Shown: positions 20,708 through 31,987, counted from the stretch's first letter. The stretch: DNA of 64,000 nucleotides from Candidatus Zhuqueibacterota bacterium (GCA_049322915.1 JBMOPW010000014.1:701527-765526); one strand, 5' to 3'. Notes: generated by a model from the letters alone, not told the origin. Numbers and translations: made by a program.

Positions 20708-22093
20708 ATGATCGGAAGAGAAGTTATTAGAAAATCCACAATTCCTAGTAAATCAACAATTTATGCTGGCTGGAAATTATCCATGATACATTTGATGCTT
20801 GATAAGCTATTAAAAAAAATGGAAGTTTCCTATAAATTTTTCTCTGACTTGAGTTGGAATGTAATAAGTTTTGGAGTTATGGGTGTTACTGGGATATTAT
20901 TGAATATTATAATTGCAAAAATGTACAACACTGAAATATTAGGCGTTTTCAATCAGTTATATGCAATATATATATTATTATCTCAACTTGCTGTTGCTGG
21001 TATTCATTTGTCAATTTTAAAAAATGTTTCACAGTATTCTGAAAAACCAGATGGAAATATTAGAGAAATATTTTCTTCTGCAATTTACTTAGTAGGTTTA
21101 CTTTCGGTATTAGTGATACTATCTGCATTTTTTTCTCACTCACTTTGGATAGATATTTTTAAAAGTAGCGGAGTAAAAACCGGATTTATATACATGTTGC
21201 CAGGGTTGTTTTTTTTTTCAATTAACAAGACTTATTTAGCTTATCATAATGCTTATCGTCGTATGAAAGCATATGCAGTGTTTCAGTCGTTAAGATATAT
21301 ATTGTTAATGATATTTTTAATTCTATTTATTATTTTATTAGTTGATGGAAATAAAGTAGTTGCAATATTTACACTTTCGGAAATAGTTTTAAGTGTGATA
21401 TTATTACTATATTCGCTTAAATATATCAAATTTTCTGTATCGAGAAAAGTTATATTCTGGGCCAAGGAACACTTGCGTTTTGGTACAAGAGCTATTGTTG
21501 GATATGTCTTGGCAGATGTGAATACACGAATTGATGTTCTTATGTTAGGTGTTTTTGCATCTGATAAAATCGTTGGAATTTATAGTTTTGCAGCGATTTT
21601 AGCCGATGGATTCAACCAATTACCTATTATTATTCGAACGAATGTGAATCCTATTATTACAAGATATCGTTTTTCAAAAAGTATTGCAGAATTAGAAAAT
21701 GCAATTTCTAGAGGTAAAAAACTTACTTATAAATTTTTAATTCCTATTGGAATCCTAGCATTGTTGAGCTATCCATTAATTCTTTATATTTTCCGTTTTA
21801 GAACAGAATTTTCAATATTATTTAATAGCTGGGGAATATTTTCTATATTAATAGCTGGGTGTATGATTAGCGCGGGATATCTACCATTTCAAATGATTTT
21901 AAGTCAAATTGGTTGTCCTGGTAAACATACAAAGTATTTGACACTGTTTTTTTTGACAAATTTGATTTTAAATGTGATATTAATTAGCATACTAGGGATG
22001 TATGGAGCCGCTGTGGCAACGGCTTTGGCTTTTATTTCGCAGGTTTTTTACCTGAAGTATTTTGTTAAATCAGCAATTAAATTAAAGATATAA
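20708..22093 (+). CDS. wzx: Wzx-like polysaccharide flippase (true start may be downstream)
   Basis: Multi-TM MOP-type; NTRIDVLMLG...VGIYSFA, GMYGAAVAT. Confidence 0.85.
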   Translation: MIGREVIRKSTIPSKSTIYAGWKLSMIHLMLDKLLKKMEVSYKFFSDLSWNVISFGVMGVTGILLNIIIAKMYNTEILGVFNQLYAIYILLSQLAVAGIHLSILKNVSQYSEKPDGNIREIFSSAIYLVGLLSVLVILSAFFSHSLWIDIFKSSGVKTGFIYMLPGLFFFSINKTYLAYHNAYRRMKAYAVFQSLRYILLMIFLILFIILLVDGNKVVAIFTLSEIVLSVILLLYSLKYIKFSVSRKVIFWAKEHLRFGTRAIVGYVLADVNTRIDVLMLGVFASDKIVGIYSFAAILADGFNQLPIIIRTNVNPIITRYRFSKSIAELENAISRGKKLTYKFLIPIGILALLSYPLILYIFRFRTEFSILFNSWGIFSILIAGCMISAGYLPFQMILSQIGCPGKHTKYLTLFFLTNLILNVILISILGMYGAAVATALAFISQVFYLKYFVKSAIKLKI

Positions 22094-22207
22094 CATAATT
22101 ATTCTCAATATATTGATTAACAATATCTGATAGTTAATAAAAACAAATAACTGCGTTACAAATATGATTCATCATTATTATATCCAAATTATTAAAGCCA
22201 AAATTGA

Positions 22208-23572
22208 ATGAAAACTACCAATTTCCTCAATATCAATATTTTTGGCAGGGAATATTCTCACAAACACAAGCTGTTATTTATTTTTTTTCTTGCATTGATA
22301 CTCAGGTTCAGTTTTTTATTTCTTAGTTATCAAAATTGGAATCCTGCTTTAGGTGATGATGAGCAATACATTTCTTATGCAAAAAATATGATTGACCAAG
22401 GAGTTTTCGTTCCGGAAATCTCAAAATTATTCCGGGGCAGTCATATTGTTGGCCCTGGTTTTCCACTGATTGTTGCAACCATTTTCAGTATTTTCGGAGA
22501 AAATTATTTAATTGTATTTGCAGTAAATGCGATAATTAGTGCTCTTACATGCGTATTAATTTATTTCCTTGGAAAAGAGCTATTCAATGAAAAAATCGCT
22601 TTCTTTTCATCTCTTTGGAGTTGTTTTTATTTATTAAACATTATATATATCCCTAGAGTACTCAAGGAAAGTTGGTTATTTTTTTTGTTTGCCTTAACAA
22701 TTTATCTTTTTATTGTTGAGATTAAAAACAAAATAATTACGTGGAGAATGTTGTTTTTTGCATTTATATATACTTTTCTTATTCACCTGGATGAAAGATT
22801 TTTTTCGTATTTTCCATTATTTGTTCTTGCTTTTATTTTACTAGATTTATCAAGGTGGAAAATAGGTGCTAAAAAGGGACTCATTTTTTCTTTTGTCGTT
22901 TTAATATTTATGATACCATGGACAATTAGAAATTATGAAGTATATGGTAAGATAGTAATACTTACTGTTAGAACATCAATGATTACAGACAGGTTGTTTT
23001 ATATTAAACATCCTATTGAGCAAAACAATAATCGGCTTTCCGTACTATGGCATACGATCACAAATGAGGATTCATTTCGAATAAATGAACACAATAATGC
23101 AGTTCAAGAAGAGCTGGAGAGTAACATTAAAGCAGCAGAGGTTTATGGATTAATTCCTTATAAATATAATTCGTTAAAAAAATTGTACATAGAATTAAAA
23201 GAATTTTGGACACCGATGAGATTTAAACCAGAATTTGTAGAAGATGGCTTTCGTTTTGAAAAGCCTTGGTCTTTGAAACACAACTTAATTTCTGGTGTGT
23301 TATATGGAACATTATTGCCATTTTTTATATTTGGATGTGTTATTCTTATTAAAAAGAAAGATCAATATGGGATATTCATCCTCAGTGTGATCATAATCCA
23401 TACAGCCATCCACCTGTTTTTAGCCTTTGCGCGAAATCGCTATCGAGCGCCAATAGATTCTTTCATCATATTGATTGCTTTTTATGGAATACAACGAATT
23501 CATTTCTTTTTAAAAGGAAAAAGTAAAAATTATCTTTCATGGAGTTTGAAAACAGCAGAACGGTTTCGTTAA
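22208..23572 (+). CDS. Membrane GT-C glycosyltransferase (ArnT/PMT_2-like)
   Basis: First TM followed by DDEQY, PGFP, PWTIRNY, RYRAP; many TMs. Confidence 0.75.
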   Translation: MKTTNFLNINIFGREYSHKHKLLFIFFLALILRFSFLFLSYQNWNPALGDDEQYISYAKNMIDQGVFVPEISKLFRGSHIVGPGFPLIVATIFSIFGENYLIVFAVNAIISALTCVLIYFLGKELFNEKIAFFSSLWSCFYLLNIIYIPRVLKESWLFFLFALTIYLFIVEIKNKIITWRMLFFAFIYTFLIHLDERFFSYFPLFVLAFILLDLSRWKIGAKKGLIFSFVVLIFMIPWTIRNYEVYGKIVILTVRTSMITDRLFYIKHPIEQNNNRLSVLWHTITNEDSFRINEHNNAVQEELESNIKAAEVYGLIPYKYNSLKKLYIELKEFWTPMRFKPEFVEDGFRFEKPWSLKHNLISGVLYGTLLPFFIFGCVILIKKKDQYGIFILSVIIIHTAIHLFLAFARNRYRAPIDSFIILIAFYGIQRIHFFLKGKSKNYLSWSLKTAERFR

Positions 23573-23620
23573 ATTGAATACCTGAATCAATTCATTTAAT
23601 AACATAGAAATTAATAACTG

Positions 23621-24331
23621 ATGGATGTACTAGCAATTATCCCAGCTAGAAAAGGGTCTAAGACCATTAAAAATAAAAATATTCGCCTAATAAATGGAAA
23701 GCCTTTGTTTGCATTTTCAATCGAGCAGGCTTTAAATTCAAAATTTATTAGTAGAACTATTGTTAGCACAGATAGTCCCAAATACGCAAAACTGGCAGAG
23801 CAATATGGAGCAGAAGTACCATTTTTGCGTCCTGATGAGATTTCCGGTGATTATTCAACAGACTTGGAGGTGTTTCAACATGCTCTTCTCTGGCTTCGGG
23901 AGAACGAAAACTATGTACCAGAGATTTGCGTCCATCTGCGACCAACCCATCCAATTCGATCTGTTGTTGATATCGATAATATGATTCAGATTTTAATTAA
24001 TAATTCAAAAATTGATGCAGTACGGAGTGTTGTACCCGTTCTTCACACTCCGTATAAAATGTGGTTCAGAAATGATGATGGGCTTATAAACCCGATTTTA
24101 AAATGTGAGGTAGCCGAGGCATACAATGCACCGAGACAGTCTTTACCAGATGTATATTTGCAGAACGCAAATATTGATGTAGTTCGAACTGATGTCATTT
24201 TACATAAAAATTCTATGACCGGAGATACTATTTATGGCTATGTCATGGATCGAATATTTGATATAGATACAATGGATGATTTGTATGAAGCAAGAAGATA
24301 TTATAAATCAAGAGGAAAAATAAATGAGTAA
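23621..24331 (+). CDS. neuA: CMP-nonulosonate (acylneuraminate) cytidylyltransferase
   Basis: IIPARKGSK...KN, VSTDS, FLRP, LRPTHPIR, DIDT. Confidence 0.92.
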   Translation: MDVLAIIPARKGSKTIKNKNIRLINGKPLFAFSIEQALNSKFISRTIVSTDSPKYAKLAEQYGAEVPFLRPDEISGDYSTDLEVFQHALLWLRENENYVPEICVHLRPTHPIRSVVDIDNMIQILINNSKIDAVRSVVPVLHTPYKMWFRNDDGLINPILKCEVAEAYNAPRQSLPDVYLQNANIDVVRTDVILHKNSMTGDTIYGYVMDRIFDIDTMDDLYEARRYYKSRGKINE

Positions 24332-24635
24332 AACTTTTTGTTTTGATATCGACGGTGTTATTATGACTTTGGTTCCTAATAATGATTATCGTAAAGCCGA
24401 ACCATTGCAAGAAAATATTCAAGTGATTAACAAACTTTATGATAGTGGTCATTATATCATTTTAAATACAGCGAGGGGATATGTCACAAAAATCGATTGG
24501 ATAGATTTAACTAAAAAACAATTAGAAATGTTTCAAGTAAAATATCATGAACTTCATTTTGGAAAACCTGCAGCAGATTTTTATATTGATGACAAAATGA
24601 CGACAATAGATATAATAAATAAAGATTTTTTGTAG
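24324..24635 (+). CDS. Small capless HAD phosphatase (capsule-biosynthesis type)
   Basis: FDIDG, TARG, GKPAADFYIDDK. Confidence 0.85.
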   Translation: MSKTFCFDIDGVIMTLVPNNDYRKAEPLQENIQVINKLYDSGHYIILNTARGYVTKIDWIDLTKKQLEMFQVKYHELHFGKPAADFYIDDKMTTIDIINKDFL

Positions 24636-24693
24636 AATTTTTTATTTAACTATTTTAATTCAAAAGAATTAAGATTATTTTATGAGGTGGGCT

Positions 24694-26184
24694 ATGAATA
24701 AACTATTTGACAAGCTGTTTATATTTGAAATGGCGAATAACCATCAGGGAAGTGTTGATCATGGTATAAAAATAATAAGAGAAATGGGAAAGATCACGCG
24801 AAAGTATGGTATTAATGGAGCGGTGAAATTTCAATATAGGGACCTGGATACATTTATTCATAAAGATTTTATTGGTAGTACGGAAATAAAACATATTCCA
24901 AGATTCCTTGGGACACGGTTGTCGCCGAATGAATTTGCAGCAATGGTACAGACCGTCAGGGATGAAGGAATGGTGACAGTTTGTACACCCTTTGATGAAA
25001 ATTCAGTTAGCCTGATTTTAGATCATGGTATTGATATTTTAAAAGTAGCAAGCTGCAGCGCAAACGATTGGTCTTTGTTGGAAACGATTAGCAAGACAAA
25101 AAAGCCTGTCATTTGTTCGACAGGCGGACTCCCGCTATATAAAATTGATAATGTTGTGAGCTTTTTCATCCACAGGGAAGTTGAATTTGCATTGCTGCAT
25201 TGTGTCGGGATGTATCCAACACCGGTGGAAAATATTTTTGCTAACTTTCTTTCCAGATTAATAAAGAGGTTTCCTTATATTACACTCGGATATTCCGGAC
25301 ATGAAAGCCCTGACGAAACTGACATAGTTAAAGTTATGATTGCGAAAGGAGCAAAAATTTTTGAACGACATGTTGGTGTGGAAACTGACACTATTAAACT
25401 TAATAAATATTCAATGAATCCAAAACAAACCGAAGAATGGATAAAAAATGCACAGAAAGCATTTGCAATCTGTGGAGAATCCGATAATAAAAAAATTACA
25501 CAGGATGAAGTAGAGTCATTGCGCTCGCTAATGCGGGGTGTTTACGCTAAACAAGATATTAAAGCTGGTGAAAAATTATCGCCAGATAAAGTTTATTATG
25601 CGCTTCCATGTATTGAAAATCAGACAAGTACCTCAGAATATTTGGATACTTTGATGGCAACCAGAGACTACAGTGCAGATGAAGCCATAATGGAACGACG
25701 TCCATTCGATAAGGTAATGGCGTTACGTGAGGTAATACATGACATTAAAGGTATGCTCTACGAGGCAAATATTACGGTGAGAAAGAATTTTACGATTGAC
25801 CTGTCCCATCATTATGGAATAGAGAGAATTCGTCAATGGGGTGCAGTGATTGTTAATATGGTGAACAGAACCTATTGTAAAAAATTGATAATTGTATTAC
25901 CCGGGCAAAAGCATCCTACTCATACACACAAGATCAAAGAAGAAACTTTCCAGCTATTATGGGGGGATATAGAAATATTGATGAATGGAGAACAGAGATT
26001 TACTCTCAAACCAGGAGAGAGTTTGTTGGTTGAACCGGGGATTAAGCATAGCTTTAGTTCTGTAGGAGGCGCAATTTTAGAAGAGATTTCGACCACTCAT
26101 ATTAAAGGTGATTCCTATTATGAGGATGAAGAAATTGCTAAAAAGGATTTGATAGAAAGAAAGACAGTAATAGAAAATTGGTGA
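24694..26184 (+). CDS. neuB: NeuB-family nonulosonate synthase with SAF and C-terminal cupin domains
   Basis: FEMANNHQG, KFQ, TPFD, GYSGHE, ERHV; C-terminal YCKKLI...PGQKHPTHTHKIKEETF. Confidence 0.9.
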   Translation: MNKLFDKLFIFEMANNHQGSVDHGIKIIREMGKITRKYGINGAVKFQYRDLDTFIHKDFIGSTEIKHIPRFLGTRLSPNEFAAMVQTVRDEGMVTVCTPFDENSVSLILDHGIDILKVASCSANDWSLLETISKTKKPVICSTGGLPLYKIDNVVSFFIHREVEFALLHCVGMYPTPVENIFANFLSRLIKRFPYITLGYSGHESPDETDIVKVMIAKGAKIFERHVGVETDTIKLNKYSMNPKQTEEWIKNAQKAFAICGESDNKKITQDEVESLRSLMRGVYAKQDIKAGEKLSPDKVYYALPCIENQTSTSEYLDTLMATRDYSADEAIMERRPFDKVMALREVIHDIKGMLYEANITVRKNFTIDLSHHYGIERIRQWGAVIVNMVNRTYCKKLIIVLPGQKHPTHTHKIKEETFQLLWGDIEILMNGEQRFTLKPGESLLVEPGIKHSFSSVGGAILEEISTTHIKGDSYYEDEEIAKKDLIERKTVIENW

Positions 26185-26193
26185 TAAATTATT

Positions 26194-27081
26194 ATGAATT
26201 TTGATTGTTTAATATGTGGATATTCCTCAGGGAATGTGGTGACAGAGAAAGTTCGTGACTCATCTGAATTCAAAGTAATGAGATGTAGCAATTGCAGCCA
26301 CATACAGCTATATCCTACACCCTCTCAAGAATTGGATAGGAAATTTTATGATGAGAATACACAGCTAAAGAATTGGGGTGGCACAAAAAATATAGAATTG
26401 TTTAAGCAAAATTCTTATCATGATACGATTAGGAGAGTCCACTACGCTGAACAAATATTTGGAGAAAAAGAGAAAAATAAGTACAAGATGCTTGAAATTG
26501 GCGCTGGGTATGGTTTTTTTGTTCAAGAACTTCTATTAAGGGATTATAATATTATCGGACAAGAAATTTCAACTGAAAAAATATTGACTGCCCAGAAACA
26601 TTATAAAGTAATTTTAAAAGATTTAGATTATAATGAATTCCAAAACCATTTTGATGGAATATTCATGTTTCAAGTTCTTGAGCATATAATTGATCCTATA
26701 AAGTTTTTAAAAATGATTAGAAATTCTTTAAAGAATAATGGGAAATTAATAATTGAAGTACCAAATGCATCAGATATTAATTTATTGAATATAAAAAGTT
26801 ACAACGATTGGTACTGGCAAAGAGCACATATTCATTACTTTAATAAAAAGAGCTTACGTCATGTATTGTATGAAGTTGGTTTCAAAGATATTAATTTTAT
26901 TCCGGTTCAAAGATATAGTATAGTCAATATGATGAACTGGTATTTAAATAGACAACCTCAATTAGAAAATCCAATATATTATATCAATGAAGAAGAGTAT
27001 AAATGGATTGATGATTTTTATAAAGATCATCTAATGAAAAATTTTATTTGTGATACTATTGTTGCAATTGGAAAAAATTAA
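26194..27081 (+). CDS. Class I SAM methyltransferase with N-terminal Cys (Zn) motif
   Basis: CLIC...CSNC, LEIGAGYG, FQVLEH, IEVPN. Confidence 0.88.
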   Translation: MNFDCLICGYSSGNVVTEKVRDSSEFKVMRCSNCSHIQLYPTPSQELDRKFYDENTQLKNWGGTKNIELFKQNSYHDTIRRVHYAEQIFGEKEKNKYKMLEIGAGYGFFVQELLLRDYNIIGQEISTEKILTAQKHYKVILKDLDYNEFQNHFDGIFMFQVLEHIIDPIKFLKMIRNSLKNNGKLIIEVPNASDINLLNIKSYNDWYWQRAHIHYFNKKSLRHVLYEVGFKDINFIPVQRYSIVNMMNWYLNRQPQLENPIYYINEEEYKWIDDFYKDHLMKNFICDTIVAIGKN

Positions 27082-27163
27082 TATTATTGAACCTTCCAAC
27101 CTTTTATAGTATTAATAAGAATGAAAGGTAGTTGATTAGATATGATCATTAATTTGAGATTAG

Positions 27164-28780
27164 GTGCTTAGGAAAAAAATGAAATATATAAGGCATTTCT
27201 TGGTAAGGATTTATCGAGGTTTTTTATACAATATTTCTGATCTCTTTAGTTCGATTCAGGTATTCTTTGGTTTCGAGCCTTCGTTAATAAAAACATCTTA
27301 CTCTGCACTTTTGCAATGGAAAATGGGCGTGAGCCAAAGCGATAAAAGAAAAAACATGAAAATTGCTATCGCTGCTATTCGTAATTATACGTGGATTGAA
27401 TTTGCAGTTTTTGCGGCACATTATCTTTACAAAATGGGGTGTAATGTACTTGTAATTTATAGTGAGAAGGAGATTGAGAAATTATATAAAAATAAACGAA
27501 TTCTTGAAAAATTTGGAATGAATTTCTGGACTGAGTTTATGAAATGTGAATATATTGAAAAGATAAAAATTGAACAGCAAATAACTGAAGACAGAACATC
27601 CAATGATGATATTAAAGATGTGATCGATAAATTAGCCAATACGATAGCAGCTTACAATTTAAGAGTTGAGGAATATGAAGAGGATGTTGAGCCTGAAAAT
27701 TATGCAATTGAGTTAGATAGGTGCAAAAAAATGCTTTTTAAGACTATTCCATCAATAAGTGGTATATTAAAAGAAAATCAAGTAGAACGTATTTTGTGTC
27801 CATCAGGGCTCATAGATAAGTCAGTTGCTTTTTTGGAAGCTACGAAGCAAATTGATATGACAGCGATATTTATTGAAGGTTGGGCATGGAGACCAGGTCA
27901 TCTTATTTGGTCATTTAATCAACCAGCTTTAAATTATGATATTAAAGGTTGGATTGAAGCAATCGGTGGATGGAATGATACAATGGAGAGTGATAGTAAG
28001 GAGTTTATACAGTTTCAAGAATGCCAAGAAGTATCCCATGATGATTGGCTGAAAAATTTTCATCGTGTGCAGCGATCTAAAAAAATAAGCGAATTGCCTC
28101 AAGAATTAAAATATTTTATCAAGAGGAAAGGGCCAAAATTTTTTATGGGATTAAATGTTGTTGGGGATAGCGCGACATTGAATCGCCAATCCATTTACAA
28201 AAATCAAAAAGAATGGTTACAGCATGTTATTACTTATTTTAAAAAAAATCATAACTATAATTTGATTATTAGAGCACACCCTGATGAAGTTTGGGCAAAA
28301 GCCAAAGTAAAGCTTGGTGATTTCGCTTTGAAATATGCAAAGGATAGCTCCAATATTTATGTTGTAATGGGAGATGAAAATATAAATACATATTCCATCT
28401 TAGATCATATTGATATAGGATTAATCTGGTTAAGCAATATTGGAATTGATATTATAATCAGAGGTAAGCCTATAATATTGGCAGCACGATCCAATTACGC
28501 AAATACAGGTATTGCGGAATATCCTCAAACAAAGAATGAATATTTTAGTGCCATAGATAAATATGCAAAAAATCTCATCAAACCAACAAGTAATGAGATT
28601 AAACTAGCAAAATTATATCAGAGAATAGTTTTTAAAGAAATGTCATTGGAAGCAACAGGCAAAAGATTCAATGCGGTTGAATATAGATTAGGAAATAATC
28701 GAATGCATCCTGATCAGGAAAAATTTTATAAAATAATAATTGGAGAATTGGATCCAAAAGGCAATGCAATAAATGGGTGA
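27164..28780 (+). CDS. Capsule-synthesis (KpsS/LipB-like) protein, candidate ulosonic-acid transferase
   Basis: IIRAHPDE and SNIGIDIIIRGKPII resemble the HP and STVG..A...GKPV motifs; lies next to neuAB. Confidence 0.6.
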   Translation: MLRKKMKYIRHFLVRIYRGFLYNISDLFSSIQVFFGFEPSLIKTSYSALLQWKMGVSQSDKRKNMKIAIAAIRNYTWIEFAVFAAHYLYKMGCNVLVIYSEKEIEKLYKNKRILEKFGMNFWTEFMKCEYIEKIKIEQQITEDRTSNDDIKDVIDKLANTIAAYNLRVEEYEEDVEPENYAIELDRCKKMLFKTIPSISGILKENQVERILCPSGLIDKSVAFLEATKQIDMTAIFIEGWAWRPGHLIWSFNQPALNYDIKGWIEAIGGWNDTMESDSKEFIQFQECQEVSHDDWLKNFHRVQRSKKISELPQELKYFIKRKGPKFFMGLNVVGDSATLNRQSIYKNQKEWLQHVITYFKKNHNYNLIIRAHPDEVWAKAKVKLGDFALKYAKDSSNIYVVMGDENINTYSILDHIDIGLIWLSNIGIDIIIRGKPIILAARSNYANTGIAEYPQTKNEYFSAIDKYAKNLIKPTSNEIKLAKLYQRIVFKEMSLEATGKRFNAVEYRLGNNRMHPDQEKFYKIIIGELDPKGNAING

Positions 28781-30050
28781 AGTCATAAGGAGAAATTTTC
28801 TATTTTTATCCAAGATCGTAGATGGTAAAAAATACAGAAGCGTTTCAATATTTAGTATTTCTTCAATAATATTAAATTTTTCAAATTTAATTTCAGGATT
28901 TTTAGTTTATAAATGGATTGATCCCTATTTCATGGGTATTTGGCAGTCGATGGTATTGCTACAAACTTACAGCAGTTTTGCCAGGTTTGGTGTTATTAAT
29001 GGAATGAATCGGGAGCTACCATTTAGTTTAGGTCAAGGTGATGTTGAGAAATCGCGTAAATATGCTGAGACTGCACTATATTATAATCTTTTAAATACTA
29101 TTATTTTTACTATTGTTTTCATCTCAGCCTTCTCATTTTTCAAAATTCGTGATGATTGGTATTTACCATTACTAACTATTGCAACTATAATATTAGTAGC
29201 TTTTTATGATTCCTATCTATTAGGGACATTCCGAGCAAATGCAGACTTTGATAAACTTAGTATTATCCAATTTATCAATGCGTTTATTAAATTAGTAAGT
29301 TTGGTTTTTGTATTTTTTTATGGATTTGACGGCTTTTGTATTCGTGAGATTATAACTATAGTAGTATTAACAGCGATAACACATTTTCTTCGCCCAATCA
29401 AAGTTAAACCAAAGTTTGATCTCCACATCATTAAGATTCTGCTTAAAACCGGATTCCCGATCTTTTTAGGTAGTTATTTTTTTAATTCCGCTTTGACAAT
29501 ACCTCGCTTGGTTATATTAAAGTTTGGTAGTATTGAATCATTGGGATTTTATAGTCCGGTTGTTACGTTGATTAATGCATTAATGATCTTGCCGAACTCT
29601 ATAGCTACATATTACTATCCCAAATTTGCTTTCCACCTGGGTGTAACGAATAAAAAAGTAAGTCTATGGAGAAAGTCAAAACTTATTCATATATCATTGG
29701 TATTGATAGGATTGCCAGTATTGATTTTTGGATGGTTTAGTTTCCCTATTATCGTAAGGACTTTTATTCCCAGGTATATAGAGTCGATATTTCTGTTAAA
29801 AATTGGATTGATAATCGGATTATTTTCAAGTTTTAAATTTGGATTTACTACACTGGCAACGTTAAAATCCTGGAAATATATGGCAATTTATATTGTCAGT
29901 TTTATTTTAGTGCAAACATTATTTCCAATTCTTTTCCTTAATTTTTTTGATACTTTGAAGGCGGCTGTTCTGGGCCAATTAGTGGCAGCAGTATTTATGT
30001 TTGGCATATCTCTCTTTACAAATTATTCAGCGGCTCATGAAAATGAGTGA
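28773..30050 (+). CDS. Second Wzx-like flippase
   Basis: Multi-TM; GVINGMNRE, GFPIF, LGFYS. Confidence 0.8.
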   Translation: MGEVIRRNFLFLSKIVDGKKYRSVSIFSISSIILNFSNLISGFLVYKWIDPYFMGIWQSMVLLQTYSSFARFGVINGMNRELPFSLGQGDVEKSRKYAETALYYNLLNTIIFTIVFISAFSFFKIRDDWYLPLLTIATIILVAFYDSYLLGTFRANADFDKLSIIQFINAFIKLVSLVFVFFYGFDGFCIREIITIVVLTAITHFLRPIKVKPKFDLHIIKILLKTGFPIFLGSYFFNSALTIPRLVILKFGSIESLGFYSPVVTLINALMILPNSIATYYYPKFAFHLGVTNKKVSLWRKSKLIHISLVLIGLPVLIFGWFSFPIIVRTFIPRYIESIFLLKIGLIIGLFSSFKFGFTTLATLKSWKYMAIYIVSFILVQTLFPILFLNFFDTLKAAVLGQLVAAVFMFGISLFTNYSAAHENE

Positions 30051-30691
30051 TCGCTAAAATATTTCCGATGAATATGAATAAACTCAAAATTGATTTTTCA
30101 GGGGTGTTATTTTCAACTGTAAGACGATTAACATCTTGTCTTTCCAGAACATGCTGGTCTTTGATTGTGAAGTTGTCTTTAAAATTAAGGGGCATTTCTT
30201 ACGGACAAGCTTGTATTTTCTATGGATTGTCTCATTTCCGTAGATATTATAATAGTAAAATTGATATTGGTCACGATTGCAGGTTTCGCTCTTCCTTTCT
30301 ATCTAATTATATTGGACTCAATAGAAGATGTTTGATTGCTACTCATGCAGAAAACTCAGAAATAATTATAGGGCATAATGTTGGATTCAGTGGCACAGTA
30401 ATTGGCGCAGCTGAAAAAATTACTATTGGTAATAATGTATTGTGTGGTGGGAATACATTAATTACAGATTTTGACTGGCATCCAGTTAAAAGAAATGGTA
30501 CAAATAATAAGATTTATTCAGCTCCAATTTCTATAGAAGATAATGTTTGGTTAGGTGTAAATGTGGTTGTTTTAAAGGGTGTTACTATTGGAAAAAGAAC
30601 TGTTATTGGTGCTAATAGTGTTGTCACAAAAAGCATTCCAGGCGATGTAATCGCTGCTGGCAATCCGTGTAAAGTGATAAAGTATCTTTAA
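30047..30691 (+). CDS. Hexapeptide-repeat O-acyltransferase
   Basis: ITDFDWH, IEDNVWLG..VVVLKGVTIG, AGNPCKVI. Confidence 0.88.
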   Translation: MIAKIFPMNMNKLKIDFSGVLFSTVRRLTSCLSRTCWSLIVKLSLKLRGISYGQACIFYGLSHFRRYYNSKIDIGHDCRFRSSFLSNYIGLNRRCLIATHAENSEIIIGHNVGFSGTVIGAAEKITIGNNVLCGGNTLITDFDWHPVKRNGTNNKIYSAPISIEDNVWLGVNVVVLKGVTIGKRTVIGANSVVTKSIPGDVIAAGNPCKVIKYL

Positions 30692-30703
30692 ATTCATATA
30701 TCA

Positions 30704-31987
30704 ATGTATAAAAAAATAAATATAATCAACCTATCATTTGGTCTTGCAATTTTTTTGCTATTTCTTCAAAGATCTACAACATTTTTTGAGGTAATTGGAA
30801 TAGGTTCAGTCTTGTCGAGATGGACCTTAAGACCTGCTTCTTTATTGCTAATTTTAGCGGCGTATTATTCAGTAAAGAAGGAAAGTCAGGGATTAAATAT
30901 AATCCAGGAACGTTACAGGTTTTGGCTGAAAGGTTTAATATTTTGGCTTATAATTTTGGTTTTTTATGGTTTATTTCAAAAATCACCCTTTCGACTTATT
31001 ATCAATGATTTACAGGTGATGTTATTTTTTATTGTTGGAATTTTTATAGGAGCAAGAAAAGAAAATTGGTATTTTATAGAGAAGACTTATATTAACGTGT
31101 TGTTTTTTGGTCTACTTGTTAATGTTTTTGCAATTTCTATGATACCGAATATATCACGAAATTTCACCTATAATTCAATAGCTTACAAAATACAATATCT
31201 CATTTGGCCAGTACTATTTTTTTTATTAACTGTAAATTTCAGGCGTGATAAAAAAATTAAATTTTTAATAATTACAGTCTATGTTATAAATATTATTGAA
31301 CAACTAATATTTCAAAAAAGATTAGAACTGTTTAAATTTATTGTGATCCTATTTCCGTTATTTATTATCATTAAAAGTAATAAAATACGACCATTCCGAT
31401 TTGGAAACAAGGTAGCAATTTTGTTGACAATACTGATGATTTTTTATGCCAGTGTCAATATTACAATAGGGTACAATTTAGATATTTTTAGTTCTTGGGA
31501 TATGATAATGAATCGATTTATGGGAAATTACGGTGTTGTTGAGACAACAACAGAAGATAATAGATGGAAAATGGCTGGAGTAGTAATTGATAATATTCGT
31601 GGTCATGAAATATTAATAGGAAAGGGACTGGGAAGCTATATTGCAGACACACGGCTACATTGGAATGCTAGTGTGGGTTATGAAGAAGCATTTTTAGGAG
31701 TGACAGAAATTGAGGTTGGGCATGTATGGCCATATTGGAAAGGTGGGATTATTTTATTTTTTTTTCTCAATAGCATTTTTATTTTTATAATGTTTTCATA
31801 TAAAAATTATAAGAATAATCCATTTTTAATTATTTGTTGGTCAGTAGTAACAATGCAATTTTTCTATTTTTTTTCTGGTGCATGGAGTTCTGAAGATGTT
31901 TTCAGTATGATTTTATTGGGTTTGTGTATCGGTCAGTGTATTTCTGCTCAACCTGTAGACGTAAATGAGCTATATGGAACGAAGTAG
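30704..31987 (+). CDS. Wzy-like polymerase / O-antigen ligase family membrane protein
   Basis: About 10 TMs with a periplasmic loop R...ILIGKGLG; glycan-locus context. Confidence 0.65.
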   Translation: MYKKINIINLSFGLAIFLLFLQRSTTFFEVIGIGSVLSRWTLRPASLLLILAAYYSVKKESQGLNIIQERYRFWLKGLIFWLIILVFYGLFQKSPFRLIINDLQVMLFFIVGIFIGARKENWYFIEKTYINVLFFGLLVNVFAISMIPNISRNFTYNSIAYKIQYLIWPVLFFLLTVNFRRDKKIKFLIITVYVINIIEQLIFQKRLELFKFIVILFPLFIIIKSNKIRPFRFGNKVAILLTILMIFYASVNITIGYNLDIFSSWDMIMNRFMGNYGVVETTTEDNRWKMAGVVIDNIRGHEILIGKGLGSYIADTRLHWNASVGYEEAFLGVTEIEVGHVWPYWKGGIILFFFLNSIFIFIMFSYKNYKNNPFLIICWSVVTMQFFYFFSGAWSSEDVFSMILLGLCIGQCISAQPVDVNELYGTK

